This document shows, one piece after another, positions 12,101 to 24,100 of a stretch of 64,000 nt of DNA. Numbering within the stretch: the stretch's first letter is position 1; every line of letters begins with the position of its first letter. The notes beneath the pieces are model-generated. The model searched no databases. It saw only the letters and a program-made list of their open reading frames with translations, and had not been told where the DNA came from. Origin of the DNA: Vicugna vicugna (lineage: Eukaryota); the NCBI GenBank assembly GCA_013265495.1, contig MU062841.1, forward strand, positions 9,635,786-9,699,785, written 5' to 3'. The translations under genes were made by a program, and so were the position numbers.

Positions 12101-15100
12101 CGTAACCCTCCATGTCTGTTCCCATCTTCTGGTTGAAGGTCCCCATCTGTGTGTGACACTGCTTTGAGTTGTGCCACCTTCCCAGTTATTCTCCTGTAAG
12201 TGCTTTGGTCTGTCTCTCTACTATGGTCAGAAGTGGATGAAACGCTCCAAGCGGGCGTGCTGTCCGGGGGAGAGAGGAAGCCACGGTTGCCGATCCCGGA
12301 CCCTAAATTCCCACTAACACAGCCCAGAACTACAGGTGTGTTTTGATAGCTATGTTACCCTGTTGACTCATATTCAACAGTCTTTTGACTTCTCTCCCCC
12401 ATTCTAGATTTAACTGTTTCAGTGATTTCTCTGACCAGTAGAGGACACAGGAATTCATAGTTGACAGGTACAAGTTACATACTAGCGTCTTTCGTTTCAT
12501 TGCTGCCACTTAGGTTAAGCTACACAGAACCAGGAAGCTGTCATGGTTGCAAACCTACTGGCCTATAGGGAGGGTCCTTCCGCTGTGGTCCAAGCCACCC
12601 GGGCCCCAGATCCTGTTGTCCATCATCTCCGTCCCCACGTTGCCACTCTCGCCAACAAACAAGCTGTTCTTGATCTCCTGCTTGGAGCCATCATCATACG
12701 GGAAGGTGCCACCACTGTAGAGAGAAGATGTCTGGGGTGAGATGTCCAGAGACAGCGTCCCACCGAGGGCCCAGCATGATGACAGCTGCTCTTACCTGGC
12801 CAGGGTCAGGCCGATGCCATTGTCAGCAAACCTGGGGACAAGAGCAGACAGTCAGAGTGTGCCCTTGCTGAGTGAAGCCGTGAAGGGAAGGACGCTGCCC
12901 TGCCCCGGGGTCATACTTTGGATCCTGGGCAAGGGAAAGGTCCTTACACAAGTACAGGGTTTGCTGAGGGAGCTGTGGCTCGCCCATCCTGTATAACAAA
13001 GGGATAGTCTGGGCCCCCGCCCACTCCATGTCTGACTCCAAAGAGGAAAGGGTGACTGCAGTGGCTCTCAGTGTTTGATGCCCCATTGCATTATCAGTGT
13101 GCAGAACTGGTTCCACGGGCCTCCCGCTCCAGCCCACCCTCCTCTGTGATTCCAGGGTTCAGTGGGTGGCTGGACCGGGGGCACATGGAGGGTCTTGCCA
13201 CTCTCAGGGCCAGCACTGAGTAAAGCTGGGGGGCATGTGGACACAGTTCCATTTCCTCTTAGCCATCCTCACTACGATTCCAGCCCCAGCGGGAAGGACA
13301 ACTAGAGAGCTGATTTCTAGGTTTCCCACAGGTCAGGAAGATGCCGGCCAGGACGGGGGCAGGAAGTCATTTTGCAATTACACTGCAGCCACCTTTTGCC
13401 CCTGTCCCTTTTGAGGACCAGGAGGAGCACGCTCCTCGAGGGAGTCTGCTTGTGAGTGACAAGGGGTCACACAGAATCCAAGTGGATCGGTGCGTCCGTG
13501 CTGCCGTAGGCCCCAAGGCCAAATGTGGCGGCTGCCTTTGTTTCCTTCATCCCGGGGGCAGATATAACTGGCCTCCTCCCACCTGTCCCATACACCCTCC
13601 GGGCCCATCTCCTCGAAGTGCCATTCCTACCAACCACTCTCTGCTTCCTGAACTCCAGTGGCTTCCTATCACCCATAAACCTAAGCCCAGCCCTTGCCCT
13701 CAGGCTTAAGGCTCAGGTGAACCACTTTCCCTCTGCTTCAGCCACATCCTGGCTGCCTGAAGTTTCTCTGGTTCCCAGTTTGCTTCTGCTCGCCCTGCTC
13801 CCTCTCCTTCCGGACACGTGCACGTCCCCCTCTGGCTGAAGCCCATCTGGTTCAAATTAACCATTCGAAGCCCATCNNNNNNNNNNNNNNNNNNNNNNNN
13901 NGGGCCTCCCGCTCCAGCCCACCCTCCTCTGTGATTCCAGGGTTCAGTGGGTGGCTGGACCGGGGGCACATGGAGGGTCTTGCCACTCTCAGGGCCAGCA
14001 CTGAGTAAAGCTGGGGGGCATGTGGACACAGTTCCATTTCCTCTTAGCCATCCTCACTACGATTCCAGCCCCAGCGGGAAGGACAACTAGAGAGCTGATT
14101 TCTAGGTTTCCCACAGGTCAGGAAGATGCCGGCCAGGACGGGGGCAGGAAGTCATTTTGCAATTACACTGCAGCCACCTTTTGCCCCTGTCCCTTTTGAG
14201 GACCAGGAGGAGCACGCTCCTCGAGGGAGTCTGCTTGTGAGTGACAAGGGGTCACACAGAATCCAAGTGGATCGGTGCGTCCGTGCTGCCGTAGGCCCCA
14301 AGGCCAAATGTGGCGGCTGCCTTTGTTTCCTTCATCCCGGGGGCAGATATAACTGGCCTCCTCCCACCTGTCCCATACACCCTCCGGGCCCATCTCCTCG
14401 AAGTGCCATTCCTACCAACCACTCTCTGCTTCCTGAACTCCAGTGGCTTCCTATCACCCATAAACCTAAGCCCAGCCCTTGCCCTCAGGCTTAAGGCTCA
14501 GGTGAACCACTTTCCCTCTGCTTCAGCCACATCCTGGCTGCCTGAAGTTTCTCTGGTTCCCAGTTTGCTTCTGCTCGCCCTGCTCCCTCTCCTTCCGGAC
14601 ACGTGCACGTCCCCCTCTGGCTGAAGCCCATCTGGTTCAAATTAACCATTCGAAGCCCATCCTTGGGGCACTGTGCCCTACAGTTCTTTCCCAGAACTCC
14701 CTGACTCTGGTTTCCCAGTCTTCTCAAGGCTCTTCCTCATCATCACCGTCTCCCAGTGCTCTGCCCAAGATCCTCTCATTGTCTACCGTGTCCCTGGGGA
14801 CTTCACAAAGACACATGGCTTCCATTCCCACCAGTCTGCTGGTGACTAAAACCAGCTCTTCTTTTCCCTGCTCTTCCAAACTTTGGGATCTTTCCATAGA
14901 GTTATCTCAAAAGCATCTCAAATTCAACACACATGAATCAGAAGTCATCTTCCAGCTAAGCCTGTTTGCTATCCTGAAGGCTCATTTTCAGCCAAGTTCT
15001 CATGGTCTGTAATTCTTTCTCATCTGGACGACTGCAGTATGATTGGTTGTCTCTCCCACTTCTAGGAGTGCCCCCTCCCATCGCTGCCTGAACCCAGTGG

Positions 15101-18100
15101 TTGCTAGCATGATCCTTCTAAGAAATGGACACAGTGGCCACATGCTCAAAGTTTTTGAAGGGATCCCCATCTTCCGTCAGTCCCTGGCAGTGCCAGCCTT
15201 GCCCACTTGTGGGACGGTAACCTCGGCACCAGCCAGATCGGGGCTCCCTTGGAAGGAGTCTGGTGGAGGGTTAGAAAATCCACCCCCTGCCATTGGCGGG
15301 GTTGGGGGGCTTCACAACTCATCTTGCAGCCCTAGGTCTGGCATCTACTGCCTTCGCGGGGACCTGAACTTTCAGCCAGAACCAAGACATTCACTGGACG
15401 TGGACCACTGCAGAGGAGTGTAGCCTTGGCCCCCACCTGTTTCCTCTTTCATCACCTCTCAAGTGTCACTGGGCCTCTGTTCTAGGGATGAGCAGCGTAT
15501 CTCACTGACTAGCATCTTGTATTGCAGGGGAGTTCTTCCTTCTGCTGAGCTGAAATCTGCCCAGATCTGTAACGTCCGCCCTCTCGAGTCAATCGGAACA
15601 AGCCTTCCTCCTCGTGCCCAGAACGCCCATCAGGACCCCAGAACAGGCTCCCTTCTTCCCTTTTCCCTCTTCTCTGGCCCCACACAAAACAAAGCACCCC
15701 CCCTCCCAGTTTCTCTGCCGGAGATATTCCCTTTCCATCTCCCACGTGTGTCTGGCTCTCACTGGGGCTGCCTGGTCTCCATCCCTGAGTCAGTGTCTGG
15801 CCTCTGCTTTTCTGAGAAGCCTGTCCGCGTGCATGTGTGTGTGCATGTGCATGTGTGAAATCTGTGTCTGGTTCCCTCCTCACACACTTTCATTTCCTTT
15901 TGTCCCCTTTCACGAGCAAGTCCCACTTCATTTTTCCTTTAATTGGTCGCAGTAAAATAGAGAAATACATTTATTCCCCACGTAAAGTTTCTGATCTCTC
16001 GTTTATAACGCAAAAGGCATTTCACGGTACTCCTTTAGAGCAAACCCCAGCTCGGCTGCCTGGCCCTTCTGGTCCTTGTCCAGTGTGGGACCTTATATCA
16101 GAACTCAGGGTTCCCTGTCTTCTTTCTTTGGGCCTTAGAGTCTGATGAGCTGATATTTCAAGTCTCAGTTCAACCACTCACATTTTGAGAAATTCACTCA
16201 GCTGAGCCTCCGTTTATTGTGTCTAAAATGGAGACAACGATTTACATCTTTGAGAAACATGGTAAGAAACGAATGCAACAAAGGAGTCAGCGCACAGTAG
16301 GTGCTTAGAACGTGCTCATTTCCTTCTTCCTTCCTTTCGCTGACTGGTTATGCGACCTGACAGAGCCAAGTCCAGTGACTATTTGGAGGCAAATCATGAC
16401 CCACAGGGCCTGGCATGGTGGGCTGAAGCCGTACGCTGCTTTTAGGGCGGTCCTGCTGCCATCTGATGCCCCTGCCTGGCTGGGCGACCACGAGGTCACA
16501 CATCGGCACACAACTTGATTCCTCTCTCTGCCTTGCTCACTTTTGTCCCCTACCCCGGGGAGGAGCCGTGTCTCCACGTTGTGCCCATGCCACACGACTC
16601 TCCGCTCACCTGCAGCTGTCCAGCCACACGTCCCCGCCGCGCAGCCAGGCCCCGTGGTCCTGGTTCTTGTAGGCGGTGAAGTGCTTGATGATGGCCGGCT
16701 CCCGGGGCTTCAGCGGGTCAGCATCCTGATGAGGGCTGTACCTGGAACACAGCAGGGGAGGCCCAGGTGGTGGTGTTGCGGGGCCTCCTGAGCTGGCCCC
16801 CTTCTGGGCGGTGAGCCAGTCCCAAACCCAGCAAGCCAAGCCGCCTCTGTGTCCGGGAAGGAGAGTCTGAGACGCCCAGCTCTCTGCTTACTCGGGGGAA
16901 ACCTTGACCTTGGGCCTTTTCTGGGCTTCTACATCTTAGCCACCAAATGGAACACTGAGCCTGGGTGCTCCTGAGGTCCGGGCCAGCAAAAGTCTTCCGT
17001 GGACATCATCGTGTCACTGGTGTTACCCACTTTTGATAGGGAGCAAGCAACTTGGTCTATTTAAAGGGTACTGATTTCCCTAATCACCCTGAGGTTTTGA
17101 CTCTCCCCGCACCACCTTTTTAATTGAAGTATAGTCAGTAACGACATGTCAATGTCTGGCGTACAGCACAATGTCCCAGTCATACATAGACATACGTATA
17201 TTTATTTTCATTTTTTTTTCATTAAAGGTTATTACAAGGCATTGAATATAGTTCCCTGTGACAGCGCTTTTTAAAAGCAGCCCCTGGCCTTTGGCTGAGC
17301 TCCAGATTTATCTGTAGGTAAAACTGCATATTCCTTCCCATTGAATTGATGGCATAGCTCCTCCCTTCTTCTCTCTTCACCTTTTCATCCTGGCCCAACC
17401 TGCTAGGGCCCCGGCCAGTCCTGTTGACTTATTAAAAAGCAAGTACTGGCTTTTGCTGAGGGATCTAGAAACTTCTAGAAATTTCTCTTTCCTTTCAGCT
17501 GCTGGAGACTAAACCCTAATTCAGTTTTTGCCCTGCTCAGATTTTCACCACAGTACCCCTGGCAATGAGCTCAAGGCGCAGGACATAGAAAGTGCCCAAC
17601 AGAGGCGAGGGTATAGCTCAGTGGTAGAGTGCTTGCCCACCGTGCATAATGTCCTGGGTTCAAGCCCCGGTACCCCCAGTAAAAATAAATAAGTAAATAA
17701 ACCTGATACCTCCCTCTTGCCAAAAAACCAAATTTAAAAAAAATTAAATTTAAAAAAAGTGCCCAACAGATACCTGATGAATGAATGAATGAGTGAATGA
17801 TGGAGCGTATGTGTTCCCGAGGGCTGATTACCTGGCAGAGATGATAGAGAGGAAGGGCCTCTTGTCCTTGGCAGAGGCCTCAGTAGTTTTGACTCCATTG
17901 TCTATGATCATGCCAGCCTGGGGAGAGGGGACATTCAGAGACATATTAGCTTCTACCACCAAGCTACAGGCATCTTCTCATATCTAGCATCCCTGGGTAC
18001 TCTTGAATGCCCCAGGATGCATTAATAGAAGTTGGGAGTCTACAGCAAGGGAGGTGAAGAAGCTGCATTGTCCTGCATTGCTCAAGTCAGATCTGGAGAA

Positions 18101-21100
18101 AGGCATCCTCTTTGAGGTACAGATGAGGAAACTGAGGTCTAGAGGGGCTAAGTGTCTTGTGCAAGGCCAGACAGGTAAGTCTATGCCCAGAACCCCCACT
18201 GGCTTTGGGCAGTTACAAGCCCAGGCCCCAAATCAAGAATGATCGATACGCCATCTTGGGAAATATGTCTGCCATGATTTAAAGGATATGCTGACCTTGG
18301 GGTAGGGGGCAGGGAACCTTCCCCAGTTTTGTCTTGGTTCTTGCCTGACCCGGGGAAAGAACTTCACTTTCTTATTTGGCTCCAAAGGTGTCCACTTTGT
18401 CAGCCATGGATGAGTGGGAGTGGAGGCAGCTGAATGACGCTGCCCAGCGAGGCCACGTTCAGTCTCCCCTCTGGGCTGGATTCCCTTGGCCTCTTAGGAA
18501 TGTTTGAACTTGGTATCTCTTCTTTGAATAATTGGAGGACACTCTATCGCATTCTTCAATTGACTTATCATTAGCAGTGGTGATGCGAGTCAGGAGGAGT
18601 GGGGCTGGATCCCCTGCTCGTCTCTCGTGAGCTATGGCCTTTGGTAAATCCCTTCACCTCTCAAGCCTCAGTTGCAGCCTCTGTGAGATGGGTTAGTAAC
18701 ACTGAGGTCCTGGAGCAGGACCTTCATGGTGGTGTGGAGTCAGGGCTGACTGGGTGTGAACACCATGCCCAGGGCCTCCCTCTTTGCTCAGACAACTGAA
18801 TCAATCCAACTCAAGGGGTCCTCTTTGCTCCATTCCTGCCCCGCCACCTTCCTCAAGGCCCATCCTGCGGCCAGGGGTCCTTGCCTACTTCCTTATTGGA
18901 AACCACCCTCCCTTGAGGATCTCTCCCCTTTCCAACCTCTCCAGACCCCCAGGTCCTACGTGGCTCACCCCCCAGCTCATGGGAAAACTTCTCAAGGAAA
19001 GGGTCTCAACAAGCCACCAACGTATTTCTCTCCACGGCCCCTGCCCCTCACGGTGATATGGCCTCTGGGCCCGTTCTGTATGGGGACAGCTCTCCCAGGC
19101 CCACGGGAGCCTCAGAAAGGCCCACTCGGAGGCCTGCACTCACTCTCCCTCCTCTGTCCAAGTGGCATTGTTGCCCTGCTGACCTCCACCCTCTGCCCCG
19201 TGAAACTCTTCATTCTGTGCTACCTGGGGTCCCCTCTCTGTGCACACTGCCCAGCCTCTTCCCGAACCCCCTTCCCCATCCCACCTCCTAGGCGTAAGCA
19301 CACGTCTATCCTGAGATGATTTCTCTTCTTTATGGGCTTCTCCTTGGTTGAGTCTTTTTTGTTTGTTTGTTTTTTTGTTTATCCTGAATGCATCCGCTCC
19401 CCTGTAGGGGCCCCAGTGTCCTCATCTGTTCCACTAGGGGTTGCACCAGAAGACTGACCTTGACATTCGGAGCTCTATCTATGCACTGCCCCTGCATCCC
19501 CAAGACCACCTCTTCCCCCAGCACAGCATCTCTGGTCCCAGCCTTGCTCCCAAGCAGCTCCATTCCCACGTCCCATGACAATGGTCTTATTGCTGCACTG
19601 ACTGACGGTCCTTGACACACTCACGATCCCAGTCCCTTTCCCCAGCACCTCGCTTGGTGCTGGACACAGAACTATTGAAGAGTAAATGAAGATGACAGAG
19701 GAATTTCTGTTTTCCACCTGCCTCCTTAGCTCTGCATGGATGGAGAAAGGGATGGAGAACCCACTTCCCGGAGACAAAACAAAAGCCAACAGAAGAGAGG
19801 TCAAGTCTGCCTTCATCTTCCTCCAGAACCACGTTGATTTTCTCTGGCTTACAGGTCAGGCCTGGCTTTCCGTGGTCATCACTGCACCCATCCCCACCAA
19901 GTGAACTGCAAAATCAGGCTCAGGTGCCCGGCTCAGGGGCCGCGGGAGGCGCAGCCTGAGTGAAAGAGCATCTGGCTTTCCTTTCAGCTCCAGCCCAGAT
20001 GCGAAGTCAAGGCCAAGGCAGGAACAGACACAGGAGATCCTTGCTAAGGATGGTCAGTGGCCTGGGAGGCTGCAGGAGGCCGCTTCGCTTCCTTCAAGAC
20101 CAAGGCTAGGCACGCAGCCGTTCCCAGCTGAAGCTACGCGGCTGCTCTGACGCTAACCGTCTGCAGGCCGGGCTGGCGGGGGGCGCAGCCCGGACGGACT
20201 TACCCGGTAGTTGGAGTGTGCGCGGTTGTTGTGGAATTTTCCCAGCGGGATGTGCTCCGAGTACCCTGGGGAGTACATTCCGGCCGAGGGGCCCGTCGGT
20301 ACGTGGTGAAAGATGAACCAAAACCCAGTTTCCTGGTGGAGGAGGGCACAGGGGAAAGCCACAGAGTTCAGCACCAGGAGCTTCTCGCTGGGGAGACTGG
20401 ATGGCGCAGACTAGGGGTGGGTCTCACGCTCCCACCCAAACCGGCCCCACCGCCCAGCCCCAAACACACTGCGGGAAACAGCGAAAAGCGTGAAGCAAAT
20501 ATATTTTGGGGGATCCACCCTGACTGTTAAAACCCTGCACAGGGTCCTACTGTATCAGCCGTGAGCGCCAAATGGCTGGATTTCAGAGTCGGGGCCGGGG
20601 AGCACATAGTGGGAGGGTTTCGTGAGTGCTCTTAGCTTTCCCCTTTCATTCTGCAGATGCGGGAGCTGAGGCCCAGAGCCAGCACCCGACCTGCTCCAGG
20701 TCCCCAGGAAGGTAAGCACCAGGGAGGGGTGGGTAAGGGCAGGGCTGTGTAGACAGAATGCCGTGTTTGGATTCTGTGCATGCCCCTGGGCACGCTGGCT
20801 CACCCCACCTTCCTCTCCCGGTGGGATAGGTAATATAGTACCTGCCTCATAGGGTTGATGCAAGAATTAAAGTATTTTCACATAGAACATTGATGCGCCA
20901 GGCATCTAAGAATGAGTCATTACACATAAAGTGCTTGGTACTCATTAGCTGTGACCACCACCAGTGTGATGAAGGGACAGAGCCATCACTTAAAACCAAG
21001 TCCACCTGACTCTCAGGCTGGCTTTTCTCCTCTTCATTCGAAGCCTGACTGCATGGACGTCTAGACCTGGGGCTCACGGCGCACACCCTTCCGGGCTGGC

Positions 21101-24100
21101 TCCAGCCGTCTCCTCGCCCCAGCCCCACCACCAGAAGGGGCGCTTCTGCTCACCTCGGACCCCGCAGCAGCACAGTTCACGAGGTTGTTGTTGGGATTGG
21201 CCATCCAGAAGGTGGACACAGCACTGCAGGCAGGGGCAGAGATCGGATGGCGTCAGACAAGAGGCTATTGGCTCCCATTCTGCCCCCTGGGGAGGGGACC
21301 TGTTGGGCAGCTTAACGTTGGTTTGAGGAGCCTCTTATCAGTGATTTGAGAAACCGCTGATGTGTTGATCTGAAATTCGGTTTTCTCATTAAAGTGCAGT
21401 GCATTTAAGCACTTAAATGTTCAGAACTGGAATGGGCCATGGTTCCTGAAGGTAGAGGCAGTTTGTGGGTGAAACCTGAGATGCGTTTTAAAATAAATCT
21501 AAGTCAGGAGAACCCAGGGAAGTGGCCGCTTCTAAGGGAGAGGCCCTGAACTCAGAAGGCTGACCACAGAGGAAGCTCTCTCTCTGTCTCTCTCGGACCC
21601 TGTCTCTGCCTCTCTCATGTCTCGAGAGACTTCAGTGCAGCTGGTGCCCACGTGGACACCCTGTGGCAGCTGAGGTGGCAGCCTGCCTCCTCTGCTCAAG
21701 GCAGTGCTGCCCAGCAGCAGGAAATGGCCGAGGATGAGAACAGGGGTCCCCAGGAGACACACTGAGAAGGCAGAAGTAGAAAACACACTCCTGCCCTCTG
21801 TCTGAGCAGCTGAGAGCAGTAGGTGGCTAAGGGCGGTGAGGGCCAAGTGGCCCAGAAGCCCCGGGGGTGAGAAGTCGGATGCTGGGCTGGGAAGTCGCCT
21901 GTGCACAGCACAGGGCCCTCCCCGGCCCGGGCCAGGCTGGCGCGGGGGCGGAGAGGAGGTGCTTACTTGCAGTCCTGCCTGGGCTTGGGGATGTACCCCG
22001 GGTAGGAGTCTTCCGTGATCATCTTGCACATCTTGCTGTCACGGTCGGAGGGAAGGAGGGTTCCAGACTTGACAAGGAGGCCGAGGCAGTGGTCAAAGGT
22101 GTTGCGTTCCTCTGGCCCGTCTTCCGTGAAGAAGCAGTGGCCCAAAGAGTTATAGCCCACAACGTCCTTGACCTGCAGGGGTCAAGACAGGGGGACCAGT
22201 CATTCATGTGCTTATCCATCCATTCAACAAACATTAACAGCCTCGGCCACACAGCAGCCCTGTGAGGGACACTGGGGGGTTGGGGGTGGGCCTGACACAG
22301 GTGATGGGCCTGCGGAGGGAGGGTCAGGGGAAGGAGTAGTGACTTTAAAGCCCCTTCCAGCTGGAAGTGTTGCAACTGAGGCTTCACGGGGTGGGAAAGG
22401 GGACAAAGTGTTAGAAGTGGATGCAAGAGGCCACCATGGACGAGGTCATGTGAGCCTCCCCTGGTGAGGACACAGCGAGTCCACTGACTACAAGGACTTC
22501 ACGTGAAGGGTTTCACAGAGGAGACCCCACCAGAAAAGGCAGCATCTGAGCCAGGCCAGGTGGGCTTTTTAGTAAGACTGGTATGGAGGGTCCTCACGGA
22601 GCCCTCACCCACGGGTCCAAGCCAGCTCTGAAGCCAGCGATCCACATCAAGCCTCATTTCCAACCCCTGAGCCAGAAAACCAGAAAAAGCTGCAAGCTCC
22701 ATCACTTCAGTATCCTTCCTGGAATCACAGAGCCAGCGGGCCAAGCAGAGAAACCATATGAAGACATGGAGAGATGCGGGGTGCAGATTGAGCCATGCAT
22801 CCCACCAGCACAGGGCTCTTACCCAAGTCTCCCAGCCTCTCTCCGACATACGTCCCCACCGCAAAGCGGAGGACTCGGACACCATGATCTCCAAGGCTCC
22901 TGCTGGGTCTGAGCTCTGTGAACTCATCAGTCTGAGACCCTGAAGGTCCTCAGAGGGCTCCAGCCTGAGTCCCCCTCCCCGTCTAATGCCACACTCTGTT
23001 CACAAGCATCCCTGACGAACGGGGCTACTGTTTCCACTTAAACACCCCAGAGATGAGATGCTCACTCCCTCCCAAGGTGCCCTGTCTGCAGTGGAGCAGT
23101 GAGGATGGCGAGAAACGCCTCCTTACCTTGACTGAAATCTTCCATCCTCACCCCCACCCCGGGTCCTGACTGCCCAGTGACATCACCCAATGAGGGACGC
23201 TCCTGCCCCCTGTGACATCATTCAACCCACACCTATTAAGTACCTATTAAGTTCCAGGGCGCCAGGCCCTGGAAAATTCGTACATCATCCAAAAACAACG
23301 CCTCCTTCAGCACTGTTACTTTTTCAAGGGGATGTCCTGTCTGTTGCAGGATGTTTAGCAGCAGGGCTGGCCTCGACCCACTGGATGCCAGCAGAACCCT
23401 CTCAGTTGTGACAACCCAAAATGCCTCCAGACATTCACTGCCAGGTATTAAACTGGGGAAGGGGGGTGACAAGATTGCCTCTGACTGAGAAGCACAAATC
23501 CAAGACAAAAACCCCAATCCCCTCTGGCATCTTTTATATGACAGAGCTTGCCTGCTCCCCCAGCTCCAGGCAGCCATGCTCTAGAAGCATCTGGAACCAG
23601 CACCCTTTATGTCCCAGCACCAGGCTGGGCTTTTAACACCTTTTCATCTTGTTGAAATCTTACAGAATTCTACAATAACTTTTTTTCCTTTTTTGGAGAT
23701 GAGGGAAATGAGACAGAAAAGTTGAGTATTTGCCCAAGGTCATGCAACCCAGATGTGCAAAGCCAGGGCTGGAACCCTAGTCTTCTAACTGCGTCCCTTC
23801 ACCCATAAGGGAGGATCGCGCACACACAGCTGCCTTATTCCAGGCAAGCTCTCTGTTCCCTCAAACAAGCGTCTCTCCCTTAATCTTTGGTAACAGGCCA
23901 GGGCATGATCTTGAATACTGTTCAGTCCCTCAGTAAGCATTTCAGTCAATACCATGGTCGTCCAATGGGACTGCTTCCTTCTCTCCTCGGGAGCTATGAA
24001 AATTTGTTATAAATAGCCTGGAAAGGCAAGCCTGGGAGGAAGAGGCAAGAAAACATGGGCTGTTCATGCTGGCAGGGACATCTGAGACCAAGTTCAATGC

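Noticed and set aside
13117-14661. Real segmental duplication or duplicated small genes (122-aa ORF twice)
   Set aside because: Copies appear identical and abut a 25-N gap exactly; best explained as contig overlap
17604-17680. tRNA-like sequence
   Set aside because: SINE head with tail and 15-bp TSD; not a tRNA gene
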